From the NCBI GenBank assembly GCA_000002435.2, contig CM018791.1: a stretch of 64,000 nt of DNA. One strand, written 5' to 3'. Below the pieces are notes generated by a model. The model was not told the origin of the DNA. It searched no databases and saw only the letters and a list, made by a program, of their open reading frames with translations. Origin of the DNA: Giardia intestinalis. Taxonomy: Eukaryota. Made by a program: the position numbers and the translations under genes. Positions 38,264-47,702 of this stretch are shown in pieces. Numbering within the stretch: position 1 is the stretch's first letter; every line of letters begins with the position of its first letter.

Positions 38264-41200
38264 ATGTTACTAGGGATTGTTCTTCTTTGTGCAGCTGTGC
38301 TAGCTAAAGAATGTGTGCCGCAAATTTCTGGATGCGCCGAATGTGATGAATCGACTGGAACCAAATGCACGCGCTGCGACCCGGCCGGCAACACGCCCTT
38401 CCTGATGGAGACGACGCCGGACGGCGGGGAGGGCACGTGCGTCGGGGACTGCACACAGACCCCGGGCTATTACGGCGACGCCAGCGACGACCAGAATAAG
38501 AAGTGCAAGAAGTGCAACGCCGCCTGCGCAGCGTGCTCTGGCGCAGAGGCCACGAAGTGCACGCGCTGCGACCCGGCCGGCAACACGCCCTTCCTGATGG
38601 AGACGACGCCGGACGGCGGGGAGGGCACGTGCGTCGGGGACTGCACACAGACCCCGGGCTATTACGGCGACGCCAGCGACGACCAGAATAAGAAGTGCAA
38701 GAAGTGCAACGCCGCCTGCGCAGCGTGCTCTGGCGCAGAGGCCACGAAGTGCACGCGCTGCGACCCGGCCGGCAACACGCCCTTCCTGATGGAGACGACG
38801 CCGGACGGCGGGGAGGGCACGTGCGTCGGGGACTGCACACAGACCCCGGGCTATTACGGCGACGCCAGCGACGACCAGAATAAGAAGTGCAAGAAGTGCA
38901 ACGCCGCCTGCGCAGCGTGCTCTGGCGCAGAGGCCACGAAGTGCACGCGCTGCGACCCGGCCGGCAACACGCCCTTCCTGATGGAGACGACGCCGGACGG
39001 CGGGGAGGGCACGTGCGTCGGGGACTGCACACAGACCCCGGGCTATTACGGCGACGCCAGCGACGACCAGAATAAGAAGTGCAAGAAGTGCAACGCCGCC
39101 TGCGCAGCGTGCTCTGGCGCAGAGGCCACGAAGTGCACGCGCTGCGACCCGGCCGGCAACACGCCCTTCCTGATGGAGACGACGCCGGACGGCGGGGAGG
39201 GCACGTGCGTCGGGGACTGCACACAGACCCCGGGCTATTACGGCGACGCCAGCGACGACCAGAATAAGAAGTGCAAGAAGTGCAACGCCGCCTGCGCAGC
39301 GTGCTCTGGCGCAGAGGCCACGAAGTGCACGCGCTGCGACCCGGCCGGCAACACGCCCTTCCTGATGGAGACGACGCCGGACGGCGGGGAGGGCACGTGC
39401 GTCGGGGACTGCACACAGACCCCGGGCTATTACGGCGACGCCAGCGACGACCAGAATAAGAAGTGCAAGAAGTGCAACGCCGCCTGCGCAGCGTGCTCTG
39501 GCGCAGAGGCCACGAAGTGCACGCGCTGCGACCCGGCCGGCAACACGCCCTTCCTGATGGAGACGACGCCGGACGGCGGGGAGGGCACGTGCGTCGGGGA
39601 CTGCACACAGACCCCGGGCTATTACGGCGACGCCAGCGACGACCAGAATAAGAAGTGCAAGAAGTGCAACGCCGCCTGCGCAGCGTGCTCTGGCGCAGAG
39701 GCCACGAAGTGCACGCGCTGCGACCCGGCCGGCAACACGCCCTTCCTGATGGAGACGACGCCGGACGGCGGGGAGGGCACGTGCGTCGGGGACTGCACAC
39801 AGACCCCGGGCTATTACGGCGACGCCAGCGACGACCAGAATAAGAAGTGCAAGAAGTGCAACGCCGCCTGCGCAGCGTGCTCTGGCGCAGAGGCCACGAA
39901 GTGCACGCGCTGCGACCCGGCCGGCAACACGCCCTTCCTGATGGAGACGACGCCGGACGGCGGGGAGGGCACGTGCGTCGGGGACTGCACACAGACCCCG
40001 GGCTATTACGGCGACGCCAGCGACGACCAGAATAAGAAGTGCAAGAAGTGCAACGCCGCCTGCGCAGCGTGCTCTGGCGCAGAGGCCACGAAGTGCACGC
40101 GCTGCGACCCGGCCGGCAACACGCCCTTCCTGATGGAGACGACGCCGGACGGCGGGGAGGGCACGTGCGTCGGGGACTGCACACAGACCCCGGGCTATTA
40201 CGGCGACGCCAGCGACGACCAGAATAAGAAGTGCAAGAAGTGCAACGCCGCCTGCGCAGCGTGCTCTGGCGCAGAGGCCACGAAGTGCACGCGCTGCGAC
40301 CCGGCCGGCAACACGCCCTTCCTGATGGAGACGACGCCGGACGGCGGGGAGGGCACGTGCGTCGGGGACTGCACACAGACCCCGGGCTATTACGGCGACG
40401 CCAGCGACGACCAGAATAAGAAGTGCAAGAAGTGCAACGCCGCCTGCGCAGCGTGCTCTGGCGCAGAGGCCACGAAGTGCACGCGCTGCGACCCGGCCGG
40501 CAACACGCCCTTCCTGATGGAGACGACGCCGGACGGCGGGGAGGGCACGTGCGTCGGGGACTGCACACAGACCCCGGGCTATTACGGCGACGCCAGCGAC
40601 GACCAGAATAAGAAGTGCAAGAAGTGCAACGCCGCCTGCGCAGCGTGCTCTGGCGCAGAGGCCACGAAGTGCACGCGCTGCGACCCGGCCGGCAACACGC
40701 CCTTCCTGATGGAGACGACGCCGGACGGCGGGGAGGGCACGTGCGTCGGGGACTGCACACAGACCCCGGGCTATTACGGCGACGCCAGCGACGACCAGAA
40801 TAAGAAGTGCAAGAAGTGCAACGCCGCCTGCGCAGCGTGCTCTGGCGCAGAGGCCACGAAGTGCACGCGCTGCGACCCGGCCGGCAACACGCCCTTCCTG
40901 ATGGAGACGACGCCGGACGGCGGGGAGGGCACGTGCGTCGGGGACTGCACACAGACCCCGGGCTATTACGGCGACGCCAGCGACGACCAGAATAAGAAGT
41001 GCAAGAAGTGCAACGCCGCCTGCGCAGCGTGCTCTGGCGCAGAGGCCACGAAGTGCACGCGCTGCGACCCGGCCGGCAACACGCCCTTCCTGATGGAGAC
41101 GACGCCGGACGGCGGGGAGGGCACGTGCGTCGGGGACTGCACACAGACCCCGGGCTATTACGGCGACGCCAGCGACGACCAGAATAAGAAGTGCAAGAAG

Positions 41201-42523
41201 TGTGCAGAAGGCCAAAAGCCTAATACTGCAGGAAATAAGTGCTTCGTTTGCCCAGATGCTAACTGTGAACGATGTGATCAGAGTGATGTCTGCGCTAGAT
41301 GCAGTACCGGCGCACCACTGGAGAACGGGAAATGCCCCGCCGCCACGCCGGGGTGCCACTCCAGCTGCGACGGATGCACCTCTGACGCCATGACGAACCA
41401 GGCCGACAAGTGCACTGGCTGTAAAGAGGGACGGTATCTAAAGCCAAACCCTGCAGCTGGGCAATCGGGAACGTGTCTTACTGCTGAAGAGTGCACCTCC
41501 GATAAGACGCACTTCACCAAGGAGAAGGTCGGTGACTCGAAGGGGATGTGCCTCCCATGCAGCGACGCAACACACGGCATCGCGGACTGCAAAAAGTGTG
41601 CCCTCAAAACGCTCTCTGGAGAAACAGAATCGACAGTTGTGTGCTCTGAGTGTACTGACAAATGGCTTACTCCTTCGGGCAATGCATGTTTAGAACAGTG
41701 TCCTGCTGGAACATATCCTAACGATAACAATCTTTGTACTCCTTGTCATGATACCTGTGCAGAGTGCAATGGCAATGCGGACGCTGCTTCCTGCACGGCT
41801 TGCTATCCTGGGTATTCTCTCCTGTATGGATCTGGCACAGCCGGAACATGCGTCAAGGAGTGCACTGGTGCGTTCGGCGCCAACTGTGCAGACGGGCAGT
41901 GCACGGCTGACGTGGGGGGCGCGAAGTACTGTGCCCAGTGCAAGGACGGGTACGCCCCGATCGACGGGATCTGTACAGCAGTGAAAACTGGGAGAGACGC
42001 GAGCGTATGTACGGCGGCAGGCGGGAAGTGCACCAAATGTGCAGGAGAGTATACTCTCATGTCGGGCGGGTGCTATGGTGTGGCGAAGCTTCCTGGCAAA
42101 TCGGTTTGCACGCTTGCTAACAATGGAAAGTGTACTATGTGTGCTGCAAATAGCCAGGCACCTGTGCAAGATAAGTGTCCGGAGTGCTCTGAAGGCTGTG
42201 CAAAATGCAATGATTCTAATGCCTGCACTGAATGCCTTCCTGGATACTATAAGAACAAGAGCAGCGCTTGTATACCATGCAGCAAAGATAGCACACCAAT
42301 CACTGGCGTGCCTAATTGCGTAAGCTGTGCTCCTCCAGCTGGTGGCAATGGCGGTCCTGTCCTCTGTTATCTCATGAAAGGTGCCGACAACACCGGCGGA
42401 AGCACGAACAAGAGCGGCCTTAGCACAGGCGCCATCGCGGGCATTTCCGTCGCTGTGATTGTTGTTGTAGGAGGCCTTGTGGGCTTCCTTTGCTGGTGGT
42501 TCCTCTGTAGAGGAAAAGCGTAG
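38264..42523 (+). CDS. vsp: variant-specific surface protein (VSP) with internal tandem repeats
   Basis: Signal peptide MLLGIVLLCAAVLA. More than 100 CXXC motifs, and a GGCY motif (…YTLMSGGCYGV…). One C-terminal transmembrane helix (GAIAGISVAVIVVVGGLVGFLCWWFL) is followed by the invariant VSP tail CRGKA and the stop. About 14.8 identical 64-aa repeats (KCTRCDPAGNTPFLMETTPDGGEGTCVGDCTQTPGYYGDASDDQNKKCKKCNAACAACSGAEAT). The VSP extended polyadenylation signal lies 7 nt after the stop. Confidence 0.9.
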   Translation: MLLGIVLLCAAVLAKECVPQISGCAECDESTGTKCTRCDPAGNTPFLMETTPDGGEGTCVGDCTQTPGYYGDASDDQNKKCKKCNAACAACSGAEATKCTRCDPAGNTPFLMETTPDGGEGTCVGDCTQTPGYYGDASDDQNKKCKKCNAACAACSGAEATKCTRCDPAGNTPFLMETTPDGGEGTCVGDCTQTPGYYGDASDDQNKKCKKCNAACAACSGAEATKCTRCDPAGNTPFLMETTPDGGEGTCVGDCTQTPGYYGDASDDQNKKCKKCNAACAACSGAEATKCTRCDPAGNTPFLMETTPDGGEGTCVGDCTQTPGYYGDASDDQNKKCKKCNAACAACSGAEATKCTRCDPAGNTPFLMETTPDGGEGTCVGDCTQTPGYYGDASDDQNKKCKKCNAACAACSGAEATKCTRCDPAGNTPFLMETTPDGGEGTCVGDCTQTPGYYGDASDDQNKKCKKCNAACAACSGAEATKCTRCDPAGNTPFLMETTPDGGEGTCVGDCTQTPGYYGDASDDQNKKCKKCNAACAACSGAEATKCTRCDPAGNTPFLMETTPDGGEGTCVGDCTQTPGYYGDASDDQNKKCKKCNAACAACSGAEATKCTRCDPAGNTPFLMETTPDGGEGTCVGDCTQTPGYYGDASDDQNKKCKKCNAACAACSGAEATKCTRCDPAGNTPFLMETTPDGGEGTCVGDCTQTPGYYGDASDDQNKKCKKCNAACAACSGAEATKCTRCDPAGNTPFLMETTPDGGEGTCVGDCTQTPGYYGDASDDQNKKCKKCNAACAACSGAEATKCTRCDPAGNTPFLMETTPDGGEGTCVGDCTQTPGYYGDASDDQNKKCKKCNAACAACSGAEATKCTRCDPAGNTPFLMETTPDGGEGTCVGDCTQTPGYYGDASDDQNKKCKKCNAACAACSGAEATKCTRCDPAGNTPFLMETTPDGGEGTCVGDCTQTPGYYGDASDDQNKKCKKCAEGQKPNTAGNKCFVCPDANCERCDQSDVCARCSTGAPLENGKCPAATPGCHSSCDGCTSDAMTNQADKCTGCKEGRYLKPNPAAGQSGTCLTAEECTSDKTHFTKEKVGDSKGMCLPCSDATHGIADCKKCALKTLSGETESTVVCSECTDKWLTPSGNACLEQCPAGTYPNDNNLCTPCHDTCAECNGNADAASCTACYPGYSLLYGSGTAGTCVKECTGAFGANCADGQCTADVGGAKYCAQCKDGYAPIDGICTAVKTGRDASVCTAAGGKCTKCAGEYTLMSGGCYGVAKLPGKSVCTLANNGKCTMCAANSQAPVQDKCPECSEGCAKCNDSNACTECLPGYYKNKSSACIPCSKDSTPITGVPNCVSCAPPAGGNGGPVLCYLMKGADNTGGSTNKSGLSTGAIAGISVAVIVVVGGLVGFLCWWFLCRGKA
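38366..41202 (+). repeat. tandem repeat, 192-bp unit x ~14.8 copies, apparently 100% identical, GC-rich, in frame inside the VSP CDS
   Basis: Period 192 nt. Identical alternative-frame ORFs recur at 38503, 38695, … 40999. Repeat identity begins at about 38366 (tgcacgcgctgcgac) and breaks at 41203 (tgT instead of tgC). Confidence 0.9.
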
Positions 42524-42529
42524 ATGTGT

Positions 42530-42544
42530 ACTTAGGTAGTAAAC
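42530..42544 (+). promoter_or_regulatory. VSP-type extended polyadenylation signal ACTTAGGTAGTAAAC
   Basis: An exact match to the Giardia VSP 3' consensus ACTYAGRTAGTRAAY, containing the core AGTAAAC poly(A) signal, starts 7 nt after the TAG stop at 42521-42523. Confidence 0.8.
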
Positions 42545-43390
42545 GTATCCACGTGGTGCAGTGAGCCGCGGTGACGCTTGAGCTTCCAGTGCAGATTGTT
42601 CATTAGATAGCCATGTGTCACTCTTTCAGCGAGTGGTAGCTATTCAGTAAGAGTTCACGGTGATCGTAGTCTTCCAGCTCTCTTCACGCAGTGGAACTAC
42701 CGCCCCTATTTGATAAGTGACAAGATCAAGCGTGTCACAGTGTCTGGCCAGAATGAAAACAGGTTATGCATAAGCGAGTGACAATAGCTGCTAAACCAGC
42801 TTTTAGGATGTCTGGTAATCGCTGTATTCAGAACACAGCAATCTGAAGCAATTGCTACTCTCACAATGCTAACCCAGTTTAGAGAATCAACGTTAGCTCA
42901 CCTATGTTTGAAGCATTGCCAGAGTGCGGACTCAATCCGTTACTTTTCCATCGGTTTCCGTTATGCCATGCTCTTCAAAATGAGCAAGTTATTTGCTCCA
43001 GCTATTCCTAGCAGATGTCCCCGACTGGCTATATCTTTATCCTTCGCTAACAGATCCACCAACAAAGGCACATCCCTCTTACTGTTTAGGATTACCAATG
43101 CGTTGCTGCTTTATCACTTTTCACTGACCAGCCCTTTGATAGTGTTGGAGAAGGCTTTACTTGTTGGTTACTGCAACAATCTGCCAAGTGTACATACCAT
43201 GCAGCGGAGTGCTTCTTCTGTAGCCTTGTGCTGTGCTATTCCTACACTAGCCTAAGCATTGTTTTTATCTTGTGTCGAGAGTATCGCATTATCTATTCTC
43301 GAAGACTCCAGGTCCTGACAAAGTACACACCAGTAAACCACCTCTCCACAGCGAGTTATCCCAGCAACCAGCCCAAAAAACCTCGCCTTC

Positions 43391-44035
43391 ATGTTTGTCG
43401 TTGCAGCCAAGCGCTGCTCCACCTCCGAGGAAGGGGGACTCGAGACGTTCATCGGCCGCCAGATCGACGCCGCAAAGGCGCCTGCAAGGGCACATGTACT
43501 CGTGCGATCCGGTACGGATGCTACATTGCTTAAACAGACAGCCCTAGCTGAAAACAAAGCAGGATCTATGGACGTAGGATGTTACCATACGAATCCACTC
43601 ATAATCCCAGCTAAGCAGAGCTCTAACGCATATCTTTCTACAATTCACTTTCCTCCTGACTCTAGTCGAGAGCCCGAATTGAAAAGGTCTTATCAATCGA
43701 ATCCCACAGCTTCTCTGCGCATCTATACTCCCAATTATTCTACAAGTACACTTGATATACGTTCCGAAAAGACACATAAGCAAGCTTCAAATTCAGCCTT
43801 ACAACCTGTACTCCCAAAGAGTGCTAAGCGGTGGGCTATTCAGCGTAACGGAGAAGGTAAAAGAGACCCTGACTCAACGCGACTTGGTCTAAATGTCCCC
43901 GCCGGCACATCAGCTCTTGAGCTCAAAACTAAGGAAGAACTGTTGTTGTACTTAAACGATGTAGAACAACGCCTCAAGTCAGCTCTGGATGACTGCCTCC
44001 CGGCTCTGATGGAGTCCACGCCCAATGTAAATTAA
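43391..44035 (+). CDS. hypothetical protein (214 aa), weakly supported
   Basis: An ATG-initiated ORF in a region otherwise covered by overlapping short ORFs on both strands. No recognised domain, so it may not be coding. Confidence 0.25.
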   Translation: MFVVAAKRCSTSEEGGLETFIGRQIDAAKAPARAHVLVRSGTDATLLKQTALAENKAGSMDVGCYHTNPLIIPAKQSSNAYLSTIHFPPDSSREPELKRSYQSNPTASLRIYTPNYSTSTLDIRSEKTHKQASNSALQPVLPKSAKRWAIQRNGEGKRDPDSTRLGLNVPAGTSALELKTKEELLLYLNDVEQRLKSALDDCLPALMESTPNVN

Positions 44036-44069
44036 CCGCCAAAAAAACTAAGTAGAATTCGTCCAAAAA

Positions 44070-47000
44070 ATGTCTGCCCCGCCTGATTCTGCGTTTGCTA
44101 CTATACTCACCCCGACTGCGCTAGGCTCCATCAACCAAGAGGTCCGTGACGCTATTATGGCCCTCCAGAGTGAGTTGGAGAGTGAAAGAGAACGGGCCAG
44201 GAAGTTCGAGAATCAAGTTGCGGTCCTCTCTAGCAACGATCCCAGTGGGCTCTACAATAAATACATAGACATGGAAACTACGAGCGAACTGCTCAAGCAG
44301 GCCGTTCAGAAGGCTATCGAGGAGCGGGAGGCGCTAGAGAAACAGTATCAGAGTCTCAGAGCGGACTTCAGCTCACTTCAGGCGGATCTCGCAGCCAAGG
44401 AGGAGACACTACGGTTTCTAACGGACGGCAACGATGCCGCTAAGCAGCTGTCTATGGCCAATTCGGAGATCGCCGCCTTAAAGCTTGAAATATCAGATTT
44501 GGACGGTAACTTGAAACGCCTTACAAATGATGCGGAGAGGTTGCGCGGTGAATGCGAAGATCTCCGCGGAGAGAATGAGAACTTGAAGAATGCGCTCCAT
44601 CGTGTAGACGAGACCATGACAAATATCCGCAGCCACCAGGATAGCACAGCACCTGGCTCGACACACGGAAGTGCCTATGATGGTAACGAATTCTACAGGC
44701 CGCCGACGGGCAGGGATACCAAGTCTGATGACACCGATGCACCAGATTACCAGAAGCTGTACTTACAACAGAGCGATCAGATCTCGTCTCTTCAAGCAGA
44801 GCTTGAGAAGCTTAGATACCTTGCTAATCCCGATGACCAGTACAGCAGTAACATTGCGTCTTTGAATTACCAGGTGCACAAGCTGTTCGAGGATAATAAG
44901 AAGAGCCAGGTACGTATCAGCGAACTCACTGCTCAAAAGGAAGCCAGCGATGCGATAATTCACAGCCTGGAACAAGAGCTTGTTCACCTTCGCTCCGGAT
45001 CTGCTGCTGGATCTGCTGACCAGGCAGAGTTAAGTAACCTTCGAAACAAGCTGACGGCGACGGAAATAGAGCTTCGTTCTAAGAAACAAGAGGTCGAGAC
45101 TGCACGAAGCGAGAAGAATGCCATGGGGGCGGACTATTACGCACTCCAAGCTGAAATAGAGCAATACAAGAAGCTAGAGCACGATCTAAGCGTAGATGTG
45201 ACGCTTCTCCGCCAGCAGTTGGCTGAAGCGCGCGGGCAGGCTCCCGAAACAGGTGCTCTCCAGGCAGAGCTTGGTAATCTTCGTCAACTTTCTAATCGTC
45301 TCGAGCAAGAACTTCTTGCGCTCCGAAAAGCTCTTGGGAGCACTGGTATCACTGGGGTCGAGATTCAACTTAAGCGCAAGGACATAGAGATCGCTCGCTT
45401 GAATGAACGGGTCGAGCTACTTCTCAATACGTCTCCGGAGGCTGGCGATACCGTTGATAATCTCTCACGAAGATTGATGAATGTTCAGGAGGACCTCAAG
45501 ACCAAGGAACAGTTGCTTTCGAACTACGAAAACCACCTGACTGCAATGAACGGAGTGACACCGGATAAAATCGAGGAACTGACCTCTCAGATCAACACGC
45601 TAACTGCGCAGAACAGCGAGTTCGCTCATATGTTAAGCCAGCAAGGCCGCGGTCAGGAGGTCGAGATCATTGAAGGAAAGAATGCACGAATCAAAGAGTT
45701 GGAGGACGCAATCAAATCTTACAAATCTATAATTGACAATCTCGTAACCGCCAACGTTGCGTCAAATAAAGAGGTCAGCCAGATGAGTGAGGCCCTTGTT
45801 CTTCATGAGCAGACTGTCGCATCTCTCGCTGAATCTCTGCAGACAGGAATGGCCCTGAGGCTCGTGAATGCTCCATCAGATCAGCAAGCGCCAGCTACTA
45901 TTGGGGGCGATGCTCTTCCACTAGTAGTGCCAGATGAATATAAGATTCCGGATGAGGTCAAGCAGAGCTCCGATCCCAAGGTTCTGCGTGATGCGCTTCA
46001 AGCGACAGAGCAGATTATAGCCAAACTTTACGATGAAAATGTATCCAAGACACATGACATCGAGCAACTTCATGATGCTTTGAAGTCTCACGAGCACGCA
46101 CTCGTAAGCATCAGGGAGGCTAACTTAGCGAAGGATCAGGAAATCGACCAGCTCAATGATGCGTTAGCTCACCAGGAAAAGACAGTTGGGTCTCTTGTTG
46201 CCACACTTTCACCCCGATTGGGAAATTCGGCCATCCGTGACCGGGATGGGCTCATTCAGATGGGCAGCCCGGTCTATGATTACAGTGACATGCCCCCATC
46301 AGAGGCTGAGTTGGAGATGCTTAGAGAAGCTGTGAAGCATGCAGAAGATACGATCGCTGCTATGCGTGAGGCCAACGCCGCCAAAGACAAAGAGATTGAA
46401 GAACTTGGTCAGGCCCTAGCTCTGCAGGAGCAGACTGTGACCTCACTCTGCCAAACACTTTCTCCCAGTTTTACCGTGGGACCTGGAGCTGTTTCTTCTG
46501 AAGATGAGGGTCCGCTTGACAACCGCATCAAAGTGCCCCCTGAGACCTTGGAGAAGCTCCGGGACCTTGAGCACGAGAACGAGAAACTTAGGCACGACAT
46601 GCAGTTGCTTCAGAACCTTGAGAAGTACCTTCCAGGCGGTCATGTTTACGAGGAAAACGTGGAGAAAGGCGACGCCGGTGCTAATATGGCTTACTTACTT
46701 GCACACAAGGACGTCGAGCTGGAGAACCTCAACACAGAGCTTAAAGACCAGCAGGATGAGATAAAGCGTCTCAAGGAGGCTATGTTCTCGCGCGAGGAAG
46801 TCATCGCTAAAGTTTCTTACATCGATGCCAACAAGTCCAAGGAAATTGAAGACCTCCACGAGGCTATGCGAAAACAGGAGGAGATCGTTCAGAACCTCTG
46901 CGCTTCCCTGTCTCCAGATCTTACTGCAGCCATGGCGATGCAGCCGCGAAGTGGAGATGCCCCTGACGCTGATGATGCGAGACCTAAGTACAACATGGAG

Positions 47001-47642
47001 GAGCTTATTGCGGAGTTGCAGAAGAAGATCTCCGAGCTGGTGGGCGCTGAGCGCGTAGCCGAAAAAGACGCAGAGATCGACCGCCTCAAGAAGCAGCTGG
47101 CTTATCAGGAGAACCCAATTCTCGAACGCACCGCTATTAACGAACTTATGGAAAAGGAGACACACATCAAGAAGCTCCAAGATGTTATTGAGCGCCAAGA
47201 CAGGGTTATCGATGAGCTTAAAAACACTGTGATCCATCGCGAAAATGAAATAAACAACATGTCCAGTGCAAAGGCCAAGATAGAGCACGTCCTAGACCTG
47301 CAGGAGAAGAGTGGCGAGGCATCGAGGGCGAAACTTACAAACCTTTCAGAAGCATTGGCCAAACAAGAGAATCTGGTTGACCGCCTGTTGAATTGTCTCT
47401 CACCAAGCCAGCGCGAAACGTTCCTCAAAGAGGAGGAAGAGAGGAAGAAGCTGAAGGCAGCACGTGAGGAGGAGTTGGCCAATACAATCCGCGATCTCCA
47501 GGAACAGCTTGACCGGGCCAAGAATGAGGGAGGATCTACTAAGGAGGCGAGTGCGCTTCTTACGAAGGCGTCGGGCAAGATGATCCAATGGTTCAAGGAG
47601 CGCCCTAAGGACATGCCGAACGCCCTGGATATTTTTTCTTGA
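44070..47642 (+). CDS. long coiled-coil protein with about six internal 45-aa repeats
   Basis: ATG in an AAAAAATG context. Coiled-coil heptads run almost throughout. The recurrent motif is [AN]xxK[DS]xEI[DE]xLxxALxxQExxVxSLxxxLSP (e.g. ANAAKDKEIEELGQALALQEQTVTSLCQTLSP; DANKSKEIEDLHEAMRKQEEIVQNLCASLSP). Confidence 0.6.
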   Translation: MSAPPDSAFATILTPTALGSINQEVRDAIMALQSELESERERARKFENQVAVLSSNDPSGLYNKYIDMETTSELLKQAVQKAIEEREALEKQYQSLRADFSSLQADLAAKEETLRFLTDGNDAAKQLSMANSEIAALKLEISDLDGNLKRLTNDAERLRGECEDLRGENENLKNALHRVDETMTNIRSHQDSTAPGSTHGSAYDGNEFYRPPTGRDTKSDDTDAPDYQKLYLQQSDQISSLQAELEKLRYLANPDDQYSSNIASLNYQVHKLFEDNKKSQVRISELTAQKEASDAIIHSLEQELVHLRSGSAAGSADQAELSNLRNKLTATEIELRSKKQEVETARSEKNAMGADYYALQAEIEQYKKLEHDLSVDVTLLRQQLAEARGQAPETGALQAELGNLRQLSNRLEQELLALRKALGSTGITGVEIQLKRKDIEIARLNERVELLLNTSPEAGDTVDNLSRRLMNVQEDLKTKEQLLSNYENHLTAMNGVTPDKIEELTSQINTLTAQNSEFAHMLSQQGRGQEVEIIEGKNARIKELEDAIKSYKSIIDNLVTANVASNKEVSQMSEALVLHEQTVASLAESLQTGMALRLVNAPSDQQAPATIGGDALPLVVPDEYKIPDEVKQSSDPKVLRDALQATEQIIAKLYDENVSKTHDIEQLHDALKSHEHALVSIREANLAKDQEIDQLNDALAHQEKTVGSLVATLSPRLGNSAIRDRDGLIQMGSPVYDYSDMPPSEAELEMLREAVKHAEDTIAAMREANAAKDKEIEELGQALALQEQTVTSLCQTLSPSFTVGPGAVSSEDEGPLDNRIKVPPETLEKLRDLEHENEKLRHDMQLLQNLEKYLPGGHVYEENVEKGDAGANMAYLLAHKDVELENLNTELKDQQDEIKRLKEAMFSREEVIAKVSYIDANKSKEIEDLHEAMRKQEEIVQNLCASLSPDLTAAMAMQPRSGDAPDADDARPKYNMEELIAELQKKISELVGAERVAEKDAEIDRLKKQLAYQENPILERTAINELMEKETHIKKLQDVIERQDRVIDELKNTVIHRENEINNMSSAKAKIEHVLDLQEKSGEASRAKLTNLSEALAKQENLVDRLLNCLSPSQRETFLKEEEERKKLKAAREEELANTIRDLQEQLDRAKNEGGSTKEASALLTKASGKMIQWFKERPKDMPNALDIFS

Positions 47643-47663
47643 GTAGCACTTGGCGCTGATCGT

Positions 47664-47670
47664 GTTTACT
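47664..47670 (-). promoter_or_regulatory. AGTAAAC polyadenylation signal for the RdRP gene
   Basis: The minus-strand sequence reads AGTAAAC about 33 nt downstream of the RdRP stop, matching the canonical Giardia poly(A) signal AGTRAAY. Confidence 0.5.
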
Positions 47671-47702
47671 CGTTCAAGCGTGTAAATATATTTTCTCTGT
47701 AG

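Noticed and set aside
38366-41202. A regular array of identical 192-bp direct repeats that superficially resembles a CRISPR or satellite array.
   Set aside because: It has no unique spacers and sits in frame within a eukaryotic surface-protein gene (64-aa Cys-rich unit). It is a coding tandem repeat, not a CRISPR array.
38300-41359. Very long antisense ORFs (1019 aa and 946 aa) and fourteen identical 62-aa plus-strand side-frame ORFs (MQEVQRRLRS…) across the VSP gene.
   Set aside because: These are artefacts of the GC-rich, stop-poor 192-bp tandem repeat. They are Arg/Ala/Pro-rich nonsense translations that recur with the repeat period, and the sense VSP frame has every protein hallmark.
42866-43557. 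A cluster of short overlapping ORFs on both strands downstream of the VSP.
   Set aside because: The ORFs mutually overlap in different frames with no recognisable motifs, so the region is treated as non-coding flank. Only the 214-aa ORF at 43391 is kept, as a low-confidence CDS.
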